This document shows positions 1 through 14,694 of a stretch of 64,000 bases of DNA, piece after piece (position 1 is the stretch's first letter; the number at the start of each line of letters is the position of its first letter). This DNA comes from Eledone cirrhosa (Eukaryota). The notes beneath the pieces were generated by a model that saw only the letters and a list, made by a program, of their open reading frames with translations, searched no databases and had not been told where the DNA came from. The translations under genes were made by a program, and so were the position numbers. Where the stretch lies: positions 32,674,001 through 32,738,000 of the forward strand of contig OZ024759.1 in assembly GCA_964016885.1 (NCBI GenBank). Reading direction: 5' to 3'.

Positions 1-634
1 ATGCTGTATATATTTGTAGATATATTTAGAGTTTTGGTTATGTATCTATCTGTGTGTTTTTTATCATTCCTATCAGTAGGGCGTCGAACAATATGCTTTG
101 AAGCATAGAGTTCTGGTCCTTTATCTTCTGAGTTCAAATCCCGCCGAGGTCAACTTTGCCTTTCATCCTTACGGGGTCGATAAAATAAAGTACCAGTAAT
201 GTACTGGGAGGAAGCGATAAAAAGAAATATTAAGGAATATAAAGGATTTGTATTAATTTTGCATTAAAGATATTTGAATGGCATTAACTATTAATTAAGT
301 TTGCTCCAACAATTAAACAGAAAAGATTGTGTGTTGACATATATTACATAGACAACAATTTACGATGTGGACGGTACTTGTTAGAACTATCCTTTGGATT
401 TCATAGATGCTAGGTTTACCAGGTATGTTTTCTAGAAAATTTTGAACACCTTTCTATGACACCTTGAGCTCCTATCTCTACCGGAATAGTTTGTGTTTTA
501 AGGTACCACATTCTGTTTGTCTCAATTTCTAGATCTTTATATTTAGCAAGTTTCTCATACTCTTTTGCTGACACATTTCTATCAGACGATACAGTCATGT
601 CAATAAGAAAGCAGGTCTTGTTTTAAAAAATTTT

Positions 635-830
635 AATAATAATTGTTTCTACTTTTGGCACAAGGCCAGCAATTATTTCACTGTATTACTGGTACTTTAT
701 TTTATCGACCCTGTAAGGATGAAAGGCAAAGTTAACCTCGACGGGATTTGAACTCAGACCGTAAAAGGACGTAACTACACTGGAAAGCATGGTGTCCGAC
801 CCTCTACCGATACTGCCAGTTGCATTACTA
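635..830 (-). mobile_element. SINE family A copy (tRNA-like head, Nin/Deu-like core)
   Basis: Reverse complement of the family consensus ...gagttcaaatccc...gcctttcatccttacggggtcgataaaataaagtaccag...ggccttgtgccaaaagtagaaacaattatt. Confidence 0.85.
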
Positions 831-951
831 GTGTTATCTGTGTGAATGGTAAAGTCCCAAAATATTGTTTCACTTCAGTTTCAGTTACTGGTTGAGATTT
901 GTGTTCAGACTAGTTTTCTGTATGTTCTGCATTGTATTTTTTGCATATTAT

Positions 952-1600
952 CCAGTGGCTATATTGCCCCACCCTACCATGTCTAATCTTACATTCAGTG
1001 GCTATATTGCCCCACCCTACCATGTCTAATCTTACATTCAGTGGCTATATTGCCCCACCCTACCATGTCTAATCTTACATTCAGTGGCTATATTGCCCCA
1101 CCCTACCATGTCTAATCTTACATTCAGTGGCTATATTGCCCCACCCTACCATGTCTAATCTTACATTCAGTGGCTATATTGCCCCACCCTACCATGTCTA
1201 ATCTTACATTTCAGTGGCTATATTGCCCCACCCTACCATGTCTAATCTTACATTCAGTGGCTATATTGCCCCACCCTACCATGTCTAATCTTACATTCAG
1301 TGGCTATATTGCCCCACCCTACCATGTCTAATTTTACATTCAGTGGGTATATTGCCCCACCCTACCATGTCTAATCTTACATTTCAGTGGCTATATTGCC
1401 CCACCCTACCATGTCTAATCTTACATTCAGTGGCTATATTGCCCCACCCTACCATGTCTAATCTTACATTCAGTGGCTATATTGCCCCACCCTACCATGC
1501 CTAATTTTATATTCAGTGGCTATATTGCCCCACCCTACCATGTCTAATCTTACATTCAGTGGCTATATTGCCCCACCCTACCATGTCTGATTTTATATTC
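952..1600. repeat. 43-bp tandem minisatellite, ~15 copies
   Basis: Unit cagtggctatattgccccaccctaccatgtctaatcttacatt repeated head-to-tail, no spacers. Confidence 0.95.
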
Positions 1601-1774
1601 AATTGGCGCTAGTGTGGAACATCCTGATATTTTAAGGTCAATTGTTTCAAGTTGTAGGTCACATATCCTGCATTTGGGGTCTGCTCCATTTCTGAGAATA
1701 TTTGTCTGATAATTCCTAGTAAATCAGCTCTGGTCCTGGACTGCAATAATAAAGCTTTCTGTTTCAGCTTTCAA

Positions 1775-1998
1775 CTCTTTAGCATTTATATTACTCTATA
1801 TTTACTATTGTATATTTGTGGTAGACGCTTTATTTCGCATAATTATCTCTCATAATATCGAATCTATGAGATGTTGATATCATTTATTTTGAGAACAATA
1901 CCTTAATGTTGGATGAGCAGCCGATTATGGCTGGTTTGAACAGAAAGAGGTGAGAGAATTCTGGCTGGATATGGCCGGTTTAAATGCTAAAGGGTTAA
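1775..1998 (+). mobile_element. piggyBac-like MITE
   Basis: Starts ctttagcatt and ends aatgctaaaggg-ttaa (terminal inverted repeat plus TTAA); homologous to 17895-18142 and 57467-59001. Confidence 0.7.
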
Positions 1999-2269
1999 TC
2001 CCAAACTTCCATAGCCACTGATGGGTTTGTGCTTGATCTACATCAGCATCTTGGTTGCGAAGTAGGAATTGGTAGTGCAGAGGTTTTTGTTGCCATCTTT
2101 CTTTAAATGTTTTTAGACCTAGCTTTGACTTGCTTCTGTGGATTTTTACTGCCTCAGTTGGAATTAGGCCAGCTTCATTATTTAGGTGTATGTCTTCAGT
2201 TTTTAGTTTTTTTCTGTACTTCGCTGCCTCTTTCAGTACCGAATAGAGTTTCTTTTGATTTTTGTGTTC

Positions 2270-2682
2270 TCAGGCAGTATCGGTAGAGCGCTGGATACTC
2301 TGCTTCGTGGCATATAGATCCGGACCATTACATTCTGAGTTCAAATCGCGCAGATTCTAGCTTTGCCTTTCACCCTTACAAGGTTGGTAAAATAAAACAC
2401 CGGTAATGCACTGGGGGCGATTTAATCTACTTTCCCCTCCCCCAAAATTGCTGGCCTTGAGCCTATATAAGAAACCATTATTATTATTATAAAGGGCAGT
2501 GGATTGGCAGTATTGGTAGAGCGTCAGACAACATGCTTTGCAGCACAGAGTTATGGCCCTTTACATTATGAGTTCAAATCCCGCCAAGGTTAACTTTGTC
2601 TTTCATCCTTACAGGGTCGATAAAATAAAGTACCAGTAATGCACTGGGGGGGTATTGCTGGCCTTGTGCCAAAAGTAGAAAC

Positions 2683-2690
<8 letters not shown>
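2270..2690 (+). mobile_element. Two tandem SINE family A copies
   Basis: ggcagtat(c/t)ggtagagcg head, gagttcaaatc B-box-like motif, conserved core, (ATT)n tail; other copies at ~70-210, 4700-4910, 5855-6020, 13485-13670(-), 17795-17890, 59840-60070(-). Confidence 0.85.
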
Positions 2691-2713
<23 letters not shown>

Positions 2714-3019
2714 CAGTTACTATTTGAGTTCTGGCATTGATTTTTTTTTTATTTCGTTTTTTGTGTGTTTTTTTAAGGTAGAACAGGAGGAGATTAATGT
2801 GTATAGATTTGTGGTCTTTTTTATTTATTTCTGGCAAATATTTGAAGAGGTGGATGGTTGGGGGCGTCTCGGGGTGAGGGGTCTAGGTGTGAAAGAAAAC
2901 AAAACAATATTTAATGTAATACAACAATAACAGCTGCAAAAACAACATCAACAGAAAGCTTGATTTTTCTTTTATATATTGAGTTGTAGTTTCATATCTC
3001 ATTTCCCTTGCTTCATTCC

Positions 3020-3270
3020 CATAGTGGTAGTGGTGGTAGTGGTAGGGGTGGGGGTGGTGGTGGTATGGTGGGGGTGGTAGGGGTAGTGGTGGTGGTGGTA
3101 TGGTGGGGGTGGGGGTGATATGGTGGTGGTGGTGGTATGGTGGTAGGGGTGGTGGTGGTGGTGGTGGTATGGTGGTGGTGGTGAAGGAAATGTGAAAGTG
3201 AATGGTAGTGAGACATGTGGCAATGTTGGTAGTGGTGGTATTGCAACATGTGATAATGGCGGTGTGGTGG
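3020..3270. repeat. (GGT)n low-complexity tract
   Basis: Degenerate trinucleotide repeat; complementary (CAC)n tract at 4140-4440. Confidence 0.9.
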
Positions 3271-5049
3271 TGAAGAGAATTGAATTTTTATTCTGGGGAG
3301 CTGGAGTTCAATCTTTGTTTCCCCCACACAAACACACACACACAGATTAAGTATGAAAATACAATTTGGGGGGGGGGGGGGGTCTTTGAAAATCCCTAAC
3401 AATTGCTACTAGGTTTTTGTTTTCCTTCTCCAACTAATAGGGATATTTCAACTCATTTAGAAATTTTTTGCATACACCATTCAGTGGATCACCACTTGCC
3501 AAGGCCCCTGGTCTAGTCGTTAGGGAGTTTGATTCTTGATGATAAGGTCATGAGTTCAAGCCTGGACTTGGTGGGTCTTGGGGGTGCATGTTGTGTTTTT
3601 GAGGCAGATGCTTCATTTCATGTAGCTTTTCATATGATTGAGACCCCTATCGTTAATACACAATGAAACCTCCTATGTGATATGAGACCTGTTAAACCTA
3701 TATAGGTGTGAGCTGTAACATGATACGACTGGGCCCCTATCATTAAAATACCCAAGAAACCTCATATAAGGTACAACCATGTAGGAGACCAACTAAACTT
3801 ACATAGGTGTGAGCTGAAACAACAAGATAGGACTGGGGTCCCTATCATTAAAACATCCAAGAAACCTCATATAAGATACAACCATGTAGGAGGCCAGCTA
3901 AACCTACATGGGTCTGAGCTGTAAATTTCATCTCATTATTTCTTACATGAATTGACCTAATTGAGTTATTCACCCTTGGCTTATCGTTAGTTTAAACTGC
4001 AACTGCCTCAAAAACATCTTGTCTGGCCCATGCTAGTGTGGAAAAACTGATGTAGAAACACTGTTGCTGATGATGATGATGATAAAAATGAGAGTATCTG
4101 ATTATGTGTTTGTTGCCACGGTTATCATTTTCACTATCATCATCATCACTACCATAACCACTACCACAACCACCACTACCACAACCACCACTACCATAAC
4201 CACCACTACCACAATCAGTACCACAACCACTACCACCACAACCACTACCACCACTACCACCACCAGCTCCACTACCACCACCAATGCCACCACCACCATC
4301 ACCACCATCAACACCACCACCACTACCATCAACACCACCACCACCATCAACACCACCACCACCACTGCCACCATCAACACCACCACCACCACCACCACCA
4401 TTACCATGGTAACCACTAATCACCATGACGTTAACAACTACCATGGGAACAAGCGAACTAAGAAATCAATTACACACAGCTATTGTAATTTACTTAATAT
4501 GTGTGTGTATGTGTGTGTGTGTGTGTATACATGTCTGTGTGTATATATATCTGTGTATATGCATATGTGTGTTTGTGTGTGTGTGTGTCAGTATATGTGT
4601 TTGTCTGTGTATGTGTGTATTAGTATATGTATGTTTGTGTGTCTATGTGTGTGTATATACATATGTGCGTTTGTGTGTATCATCATCATCATCATCATTA
4701 AGGGTATCAGTAGAGCGTTGTACAACATGCTTTGCGGCATAGAGTTACGGCCCTTTACATTTTGAGTTCAAATCTTGCTGAGGTTTGTTTTGTCTTTCAT
4801 CCTTATGCGGGTTGATAAAATAAAGTACCAGTAATGCACTGGGGTCAATTTAATCAACTTTCCCCCTCACCCCCCAAATTATTGGCCTTGTGCCTAGAGT
4901 AGAAACCAAAGAGCGATGGATTGGGAGTATCGGAAGAGCATCGGTCCACATGCTTTGTGTCATATAGCTACAACCAGAAGTTTAACTAGGGTATGGCAAG
5001 CTTGGCCCGTGTCATGGGCGCCACATGAAGGAGGTGCCACTTGGACTAC

Positions 5050-5642
5050 AGGTTGTTGTTGTTGTGACAACTCACACCTATGCATGCAGGTTTAGCTGGC
5101 CTCCTCCAAGGTATATCTCGTTGGAGGTGTCTTGGGTGATTTAATGATAAGGACCCCAGCCCTATCATCTCATTTCTACAGCTGAGTAAACTGGAGCAAC
5201 GCGAAATAAAGGGTCTTGCTCAAGGAAACAACACATCACCCGGTCTGAGAATTGAACTCACAACCTTTCGATTGCAAGCCCAATGCTCTTACCACTAAGC
5301 CATGCACCTTCTAACTTATGGGGGCTACCTCATTCAATAGCAATGAGTAGGGGGATGGTTTGTGGACCCAGGACACCAGAAATGTCCACCACTACAGGTT
5401 GTTGCTGTTACAGTTCACACCTATGCAGGTTTAGCTGGCCTCCTCCAAGGTATATCTCGTTGGAGGTGTCTTGGGTGATTTAATGATAAGGACCTCAGTC
5501 CTATCATCTCATTTCTACAGCTGAGTAAACTGAAATAAAGGGTCTTGCTCAAGGAAACAACACATCACCCGGTTCGAGAATCGAACTCACAACCTTTCGA
5601 TTGCAAGCCCAATGCTCTAACCACTAAGCCATGCACCTTCAC
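5050..5642 (-). mobile_element. Two tandem SINE family B copies
   Basis: Reverse complement of ggcttagtggttagagcattgg..ttgcaatcgaaaggttgtgagttcaattctc...ccttgagcaagac; (CAA)n tails. Confidence 0.85.
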
Positions 5643-6309
5643 TACAAGTACCTTCTATTAAAGTCAAATAAGCCTTGTGGGAGAGTGAAAAGAAGTAACT
5701 CCTTCAGATGTACGATCTGTCTCTGACCACTACGGTGGCTGGATCATTAAATCATATATATAAATTATGAGGCCTCCATAGGTAAAAATACTGTGCTGGG
5801 TAGGGGCACAATTTCACAGCTTGCCATAGGCGCTATTTCCCCTAGTTATGCCTCTGGTTACAGCTCTTTATGTCCTGAGTTTAAATCCTGCCAAGGTTAG
5901 ATCTTTGCTTTTCATCCTAAAGCGATTGATAAAATAACATACCAGTAATGCACTGGGGTAGATCTAATCGACTTTCCCCTCTCTGTTTAAAGTGATGGCT
6001 TTCTGCCAAAAGTACAAGCAATTATCATTATTTTCATTTAATCTTTTGTTGCCATGCTCTGTAAACTTTGCTTATTATCATTATTATCATCATCATTATC
6101 ATTATTAATTATTCATTTACATATTTATTATTATTGTTGTTGTTGTTGTTGTTATTATTGTGTTGTAGAATTTGTGGGGGGGGGGGGGGCATTGTTTTAT
6201 CTTCAAAGTTCATCTGACTAAAACAAAACACACAAAAAAAAAGAACTATTTGATAAATGTCAGCCCACCATATTCACCAGATATAGGTTGATGGTAATGT
6301 TTGTATTTC

Positions 6310-7769
<1,460 letters not shown>

Positions 7770-8402
7770 TGGAAGGGAAGAGGTCAGAAAATGTTGTTCA
7801 CACTGGGACAAGATGAGTATTATGCAGTGAGATGGGGTGAGGGGAAGAGAGACTGAAACTTGCCACTGAAGAAGAGTAGGCTTGAATTAACGACAATACA
7901 GTAGACACCGGGGGAGAGCCTCTTCATATACAGTCACTGCGTACAAGACTGTCACTTCTGTGTGGCCCTGTGCAGCTACAACAGATGCTGCACCGCCTCA
8001 GCACCAGAAAAAAAAAATTCTCTAGTCAGAATTCATGATCTTTCAAGACCAATGGATGCAATTATGTACATGAAGTGCCAACCCATGCCAGCCTGGAAAA
8101 ATATATTAAGTGATGCTGATGATAATATATAAGTATGTATATATGTATATATATACATATATTATCATCATATATACATATATACATATATTGTCATCAT
8201 ATATATGTATATATGATGATAATATATGTATATATATACATATATTATCATCATATATACATATATACATATATTGTCATCATATATACATATATTATCA
8301 TCATATACAAGCATATATATATATATATATATACATATATACATATATAGATACACATATATATATACATATATATACACATATACATATATACAAAAAT
8401 AT

Positions 8403-9710
8403 ATAGAGAAGAAATTCCAAACATGGAAGCACGGCCTAGAGTCAAAAGGACTTAAAATTAACCTGGCTAAGACCAAAGTACTAGTTTGTAGGAAAGAAAA
8501 CGAGGCAGCGGTCCCTTCTGGGAAATGGTCGTGCTCGGTGTGTAGGAAAGGCGTAGGTAGAAACTCCATTTTATGTCCTAAATGCAAAGTATGGGTGCAT
8601 AAAAGATGTAGTGGGATCACAGGTAAGCTAACTAAGAACATAGATTTTACATGTGGCCGGTGTTCTGGTGCAATAAGTAGCAGCAAGTGCCCACAAAATA
8701 CTAGCTCTTTCAATTGCGCAGAGGGTTCTATAGAAATAGTGGACAGCTTCCGTTACCTGGGCGATAAAATCAGCAGTGGGGGAGGGTGCTCTGAAAGTAC
8801 TGTAGCTAGAGTCAGAACTGGTTGGAAAAAGTTCAGAGAGCTTATACCACTATTAGCTGCTAAAGGGTTCTCCCTAAAAATGAAAGGCAGGTTGTACAAT
8901 GCCTGCATACGAACAGCAATGCTGCATGGCAGTGAGACCTGGGCATTGTGTGCAGAGGATATACGCAGACTAGAGAGGAACGAAGCTTGCATGCTCCGCT
9001 GGATGTGTAACAGTAATATACGTGAACGGCAAAGCATAAACGAACTAAGGAAAAAATTAGAGATAAGAGGGATCAGATGTTGTTTACTCGCGAGAAGGCT
9101 ACGTTGGTATGGACACGTGATGCGCATGAAAGTCGATAGCTGTATAACAAAGTGCAGGGCAATAAAGATAGACGGTAGTCACGGAATAGGCAGACCTAGA
9201 AAAACCTGGGACGAGCTGATAAACTCCGACATCACACACTTACACCTCTCCAAGACAATGTCACTGGACCGAGACCTTTGGCGGTACTCAGTAACAGAGA
9301 AGACCCGCCTTACCTAAATATATAGTAAAACCTACTCCAGCCAGTAGGCATCTCTAACAAAATACACCCCGTCCCACCACCCCCACCCCATCCACACCAC
9401 CCCGTTCTATGTAAAGTAATGTTGGTGCCGCGCCATCGAGGCCGAAACAAATGAGATCGTGTAGGTGTCACGACAAAAAAACACACAGTCCACGCTGTAA
9501 TGTGGCCGTGTAGGCAACACGGTAAAAACCTCCCAGACCCACACTGTAAATGTGGTTGGTGTTAGGAAGGGCATCCAACTGTAGAAAACCTGCCAGACAG
9601 TCCTATGCGAGCAAGACAATCACTCTTGCCTCAAGTGGGACTACCCCCGTCCAAACCCATGCAAGCGTGGAACACGGACGTTAAACGTTGATGATGATGA
9701 TGATGATGAT
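8403..9710 (+). mobile_element. 5'-truncated RTE-clade LINE (RT C-terminus with Cys-rich insertion, 3'UTR, (GAT)n tail)
   Basis: GLKINLAKTKVL, CSVC..C..C..WVHKRC, VDSFRYLG, HGSETW, RLRWYGHV, GRPRKTW, DRDLWR. Confidence 0.92.
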
Positions 9711-9756
9711 ATATATGTGGAGGCACATGGCTAGAGCATTGGCCTTGCAATATGTG

Positions 9757-10200
9757 GAGGCACATGGCTTAGTGGTTAGAGCATTGGCCTTGCAATCGAA
9801 AGGTTGTGAGTTCAATTCTCAGACCGGGTGATGTGTTGTTTCCTTGAGCAAGACACTTTATTTCACATTGCTCCAGTTTACTCAGCTGTAGAAATGAGAT
9901 GATAGGGACTGGGGTCCTTATCTTTCCACTGCAAAGTGGTTGTGGAGGTGCCACGGCAAAAAAGCACCCAGCACTCACTGCAAAGTGGACGTGTAGGCGC
10001 CACGGCAAAAAAGCACCCAGCACTCACTGCAAAGTGGACGTGTAGGTGCCACGGCAAAAAAGCACCCAGCACTCACTGTAAATGAGGTTGGTGTTAGGAA
10101 GGGTATCCAGCTGTAGAAATCAAGCCAGAATCAGTCCCCGTCCCACCCTTGCAAGCAGGGAAAAAGCGGAAGTAAAATGAAATGATGATGATGATGATGA
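9757..10200 (+). mobile_element. SINE family B (tRNA-like head, CCTTGAGCAAGACACTT core, RTE-like tail)
   Basis: Head ggcttagtggttagagc...gagttcaattctc; tail gtgttaggaaggg.atccagctgtagaa shared with the RTE 3'UTR; other copies at 10965-11190(-), 11703-12010, 55990-56245(-), 60277-60690. Confidence 0.88.
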
Positions 10201-10409
10201 TATACATATACAGCATGGAAAAATATATTAAGTGATGCTGATGATAATATATAAGTATCTCAACTCTTTCTTAGATAGGTACCACAATAAGGTGCCATCT
10301 CCCTAGACAAAATATTTTGCTGTATTTTGTCTGACACTTTACGTTCTGGGTTCAAGTCTGTACAACAAGAAAGCAAAGAATTATTTGGTTGTCTCTGTGA
10401 TACCCAGGT

Positions 10410-10640
10410 ATGAACAGGTAAATAAAACATACTGCATCAGTGTTACCCAGGTAAATACAGGTAAATAATACTACCTGCCTCTGTGATACCCAGGTATGAA
10501 CAGGTAAATAATACCACCTGCCTCTGTGATTCCCAGGTATGTACAGGTAAATAATACCACCTGCCTCTGTGATTCCCAGGTATGTACAGGTAAATAATAC
10601 TACCTGCCTCTGTGATTCCCAGGTATGTACAGGTAAATAA
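10410..10640. repeat. ~42-bp tandem repeat, ~5 copies
   Basis: Unit ctctgtgat(a/t)cccaggtatg(a/t)acaggtaaataatac(c/t)acctgc. Confidence 0.9.
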
Positions 10641-11603
10641 TATAAGCTCCCCCCCCCCCCTCTCTCTGGGCAATGTTATTGTCAGCTTTTGCTCCAGAAA
10701 AGATATCAAATATATTCTTGAAAACCTGCCATTATATCTACATACCAATATATATTTAAAATATTTGTTTGTTTGTTTTTTTTTTTAAATTTGCAATCTA
10801 CTAACTTACTAAACTTAATGATTTAACAATGTACCAACCAGCCAACTAATCAGTTTACTAACTTATCAACTTACCAACCGACCGTTGGTAAGTTGATCCA
10901 TGGTCTCAGTCGGCAGAATGTAAGAAGTGTTGAAAAGATATGTTGAAATAGCCAAACTAGCTGTTGTTGTTGTTGTTATAGCTCACACCTATGCAGGTTT
11001 AGCTGGCCTCCTCCAAGGTATATCTCGTTGGAGGTATCTTGGGTAATTTAATGATAGGGACCCCAGTCCTATCATCTCATTTCTAAAGTGTCTTGCTCAA
11101 GGAAACAACACATCACCCGGTCCGAGATTTGAACTCACAACCTTTCGATTGAAAGCCCAATGCTCTAACCACTAAGCCATGCGTCTTCTAACTTATGGGG
11201 GCTAGCTGGTTCAAGTGGCTGACTCCACCCCAATAGCAATGAGTAGGGGGATAGTTTATGGAGCCAGGACACCAGAAGTGTCCACCACTATAGGGTCAAT
11301 GAGAAAGCTATTGTAATATAACCGGTAGTTCAATAACTTGCGATTTCCAGTTTGCCGGGCAATGGCACTTGGGCCTGTCATCGAATGTAATTGTCCTTGT
11401 GCCCCCTATGATCGGGCTAGTTTTTGAACTGTTACACTACAATACAGTGCTAGCCATAACTGGATCCTGAAACCTTAGGTAGCTTGTATATGTTAAGTGT
11501 ATGAGTATTAATAAGAACTAAATAAGCTCTCTTGTAACTAGACTGAACACATTGCTGCCTTGCCATATATCTACGGATGTCCTACATATGCATGTGTATG
11601 TGA

Positions 11604-11694
<91 letters not shown>

Positions 11695-12072
11695 TATATA
11701 TATGGAGGCACATGGCTTAGTGGTTAGAACATTGGCCTTGCAATCGAAAGGTTGTGAGTTCAATTCTCAGACCAGGTAATGTGTTGTTTCCTTGAGCAAG
11801 ATACTTTATTTCACATTGCTCCAGTTTACTCAGCTGTAGAAATGTAAAGTGGACGTGTAGGCGCCACGGCAAAAAAGCACCCAGCACTCACTGTAAATGA
11901 GGTTGGTGTTAGGAAGAGCATCCAGCTGTAGAAATCAAGCCAGAATCAGTTCCCGTCCCACCCTTGCAAGCAGGGAAAAGCGGACATAAAATGAAATGAA
12001 ATGAAATGAATATACACACACACACACATACATAGATATCATCATCATCATCATTTTACGCTTGCAAGGGTG

Positions 12073-12125
<53 letters not shown>

Positions 12126-12238
12126 TATGTAATAAACAACATAAGATAATGTTTATTACATAACTAATAAGCTCTGTAACTTACATAGACCACTCTTTTT
12201 TCCTGGACCTTTCCGATGGAATTACTTCATTTACACAC

Positions 12239-12306
<68 letters not shown>

Positions 12307-12315
12307 GTATGTGTG

Positions 12316-12355
<40 letters not shown>

Positions 12356-12359
12356 TATA

Positions 12360-12494
<135 letters not shown>

Positions 12495-12894
12495 TCACAC
12501 ACACACACATATATGTGTGTGTATATATATATGTATATATACATACACATACACACACACGTACATACATATAGATAGAGAGAGATATCACCAAACATAG
12601 CTCTACCTCCACCCAGTCAAGCTCATTATAACTATCATCCTTCATGAGAAGTATGGCGGTGGGGGTGGAGGAACCATATTTTGGGTGGGGTGGGGTGGGG
12701 TGGGGTATGTCACCATGAGGCTTCATTCCTATGTTTATTTTCTATTTCTTCCTGAACTCAATCTCCTGTCTGTCTCGCATCTTGAGAAAACAACTTTCGT
12801 CAGTTGTTTTAAGTGCAGCAGTGAAGTGTGTGGAATTTATGCCATGGTGGTGTAGGCTGGGGTTGTGGTGAGGGCTTGTGTTTCTCAGGGTCTC

Positions 12895-12927
<33 letters not shown>

Positions 12928-14120
12928 GTTCTTGTTTGCTTGACTTATATATATCATCATCATCATCATCATCATCATCACCGTTTTACGTCCGTTCTTC
13001 CACGCTAGCATGGGTTAGACGGGTTGTCCTGTTGTGGGCAGTGTCTGGTCGGCTGACCATGCCTTGCTCATACAGGAACTGATCTGGCTTGATTTCTACA
13101 GCTGGATACCCTTCCTAACACCAACCTCATTTACAGTGAGTGCTGGGTGCTTTTTCGTGGCGCCTACACGTCCACTTTACAGTGTGGGCTGGGTGCTTTT
13201 TTACCGTGGCACCTCCACGACCACCTTGCAGTGGGGTGTGTGGGGGCATATTGTCTATATGCTTCAGCTTGTACCCATGGGAGGTCGGGTATTCTGTATT
13301 ACTGCGTGACGCCAGAGGTCACGGTCGTGTGTCATCGCCTTTGAGAGGTGTAATTGGGTAAGGTCGGCTTTTATCACATATATAATTTTTATATTCTGGC
13401 ATGTTTACATTCCTACATATTTGATATGTGTATATATTTATACACGTTAGTGCATATATATATTTATATATATATATAGTAATAATAATTGTTTCTACTT
13501 TTGGCACAAGGCCAGCAATTACCCAGTACATTACTGGTACTTTATTTTATCGACCCCGTAAGGATGAAAGGCAAAGTTAACCTCGGCGGGATTTGAACTC
13601 AGATCGTAAAGGGACGTAACTACGCTGGAAAGCATGTCTGACCCTCTACCGATACTGACAATTCAGCGCCCTTCATCATCATCATCTTCGTTTAACGTCC
13701 GTTTTCCACGCTAGCATGGGATATATATATATAGTAATAATAATAAATTTGAAGACTAAAATCCAAAGAGGGCTCGATAAGGAGAAATATATATCAAATA
13801 TATAAGAACTGTAGAGCAAATATTTATTAAAATAACAGATTAAAGTTTCAGCAAAGAATCGCTGCTTTCACCCTTAATAGGATTTTCTGAAACAAGAAGA
13901 TATACATATATATATGCGGTTCTTGTTTCCTTGACTTTTATATATATATATATATATATCGATGCATCTTTAATTTACTACCAAAGGCGGTGCCCCAGCA
14001 TGGCCTCAGTTGAATGGCTGGAACAAGTAAAAGAGTAAAAGAGAATATATATATATAAATTCTTATTTTCTGGTATGTTTACATGCCTACATATTTGATA
14101 TGTGTATATATTTATACACG

Positions 14121-14156
<36 letters not shown>

Positions 14157-14161
<5 letters not shown>

Positions 14162-14337
14162 AAAAGAGTCAGGACCCCGACGGCTGAGCTCCTGTCGTTT
14201 CGACAGCTAGATCCAAACTGTCGAAACGGCCGGAGCTCAGCTGTCGGGGTCTTGACTCTTTTCCTATTACCCACTCTACTACCCTAAGTATCGAGTACTC
14301 TGGTGGGTTATCTGGTATTTTACCACACCTTCTTTGT

Positions 14338-14340
<3 letters not shown>
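14157..14340 (+). mobile_element. Fold-back element with the 3' half of a hammerhead (Penelope-like pLTR remnant)
   Basis: ~50-bp inverted arms 14157-14206/14218-14267; GAAAC-GGCCGGAGCTCAGCT-GTC-GGGGTC; homologous to 55098-55297; flanked by (TA)n. Confidence 0.65.
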
Positions 14341-14369
<29 letters not shown>

Positions 14370-14394
14370 TATTTATATGTATGTATATATATAT

Positions 14395-14618
14395 GCACAG
14401 GCATTGCTTTATATCTGGAGATCTCTCTGCACTTGTCGTCACATGGTACCATGGGCCCAGCACTATGTGTCAATGATTGTCACAGGTGTAGTGTTTGTAC
14501 CAGAGTTTTCAAGTCGCTGGCTGAACTAAAAAGTCACACTTGTTCAGCGCATCGGTAGGGGTTCTCCTACATGGATATAAAGTAGTGGCCGTACTCGAAA
14601 ACGAGTTGGCAGCCACCA
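14395..14618 (+). mobile_element. Non-autonomous RTE-derived element, 3' end
   Basis: Encodes the C2H2 remnant [24 protein letters not shown]; near-identical to 54003-54225. Confidence 0.7.
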
Positions 14619-14694
14619 TATATATATATGTATGTATGTATGTATGCATGTATGTGTATATATATATATATGTATATATGTATGTATATATATG

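Larger units (their letters stand above)
300..2270 (-). mobile_element. Degenerate 3' part of an RLE-type (R4/Dong-like) non-LTR retrotransposon, interrupted by a SINE, a MITE and a tandem array
   Basis: Minus-strand peptides in expected order: DVDQAQTHQWL, ETESFIIAVQDQ, KCRICDLQLETI..ISGC..LAPIEYKIRH (CCHC knuckle region), IFWDFTIHTD, LIDMTV...EYEKLAKYKDL...TIPVEIGAQG (RLE domain). Confidence 0.85.

Noticed and set aside
952-1600. CRISPR-like regular repeats (also 35480-36110 and 57537-58680)
   Set aside because: Head-to-tail units without unique spacers, no cas genes, eukaryotic context.
2999-4765. Poly-Thr/Val/Gly/His ORFs
   Set aside because: Produced by (CAC)n/(GGT)n trinucleotide tracts; no splice or homology support.
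9757-9830. tRNA gene
   Set aside because: A/B-box-like head without a paired acceptor stem, fused to a SINE body present in many copies.
11400-11490. Hammerhead-like GAAAC-CTTAG-GTA
   Set aside because: The 5' core reads CTATGA (base missing) and stems I and II pair poorly; at most a decayed relic. The same applies to the minus-strand motif near 13835-13880.
13232-13372. GVCGGILSICFSLYPW peptide after a ttgcag, resembling the stomatin N-terminal hydrophobic exon
   Set aside because: The adjacent DNA aligns with the antisense RTE 3' end (compare 32180-32270) and follows a SINE/RTE tail; the peptide lacks the expected TFP...CIK ending.
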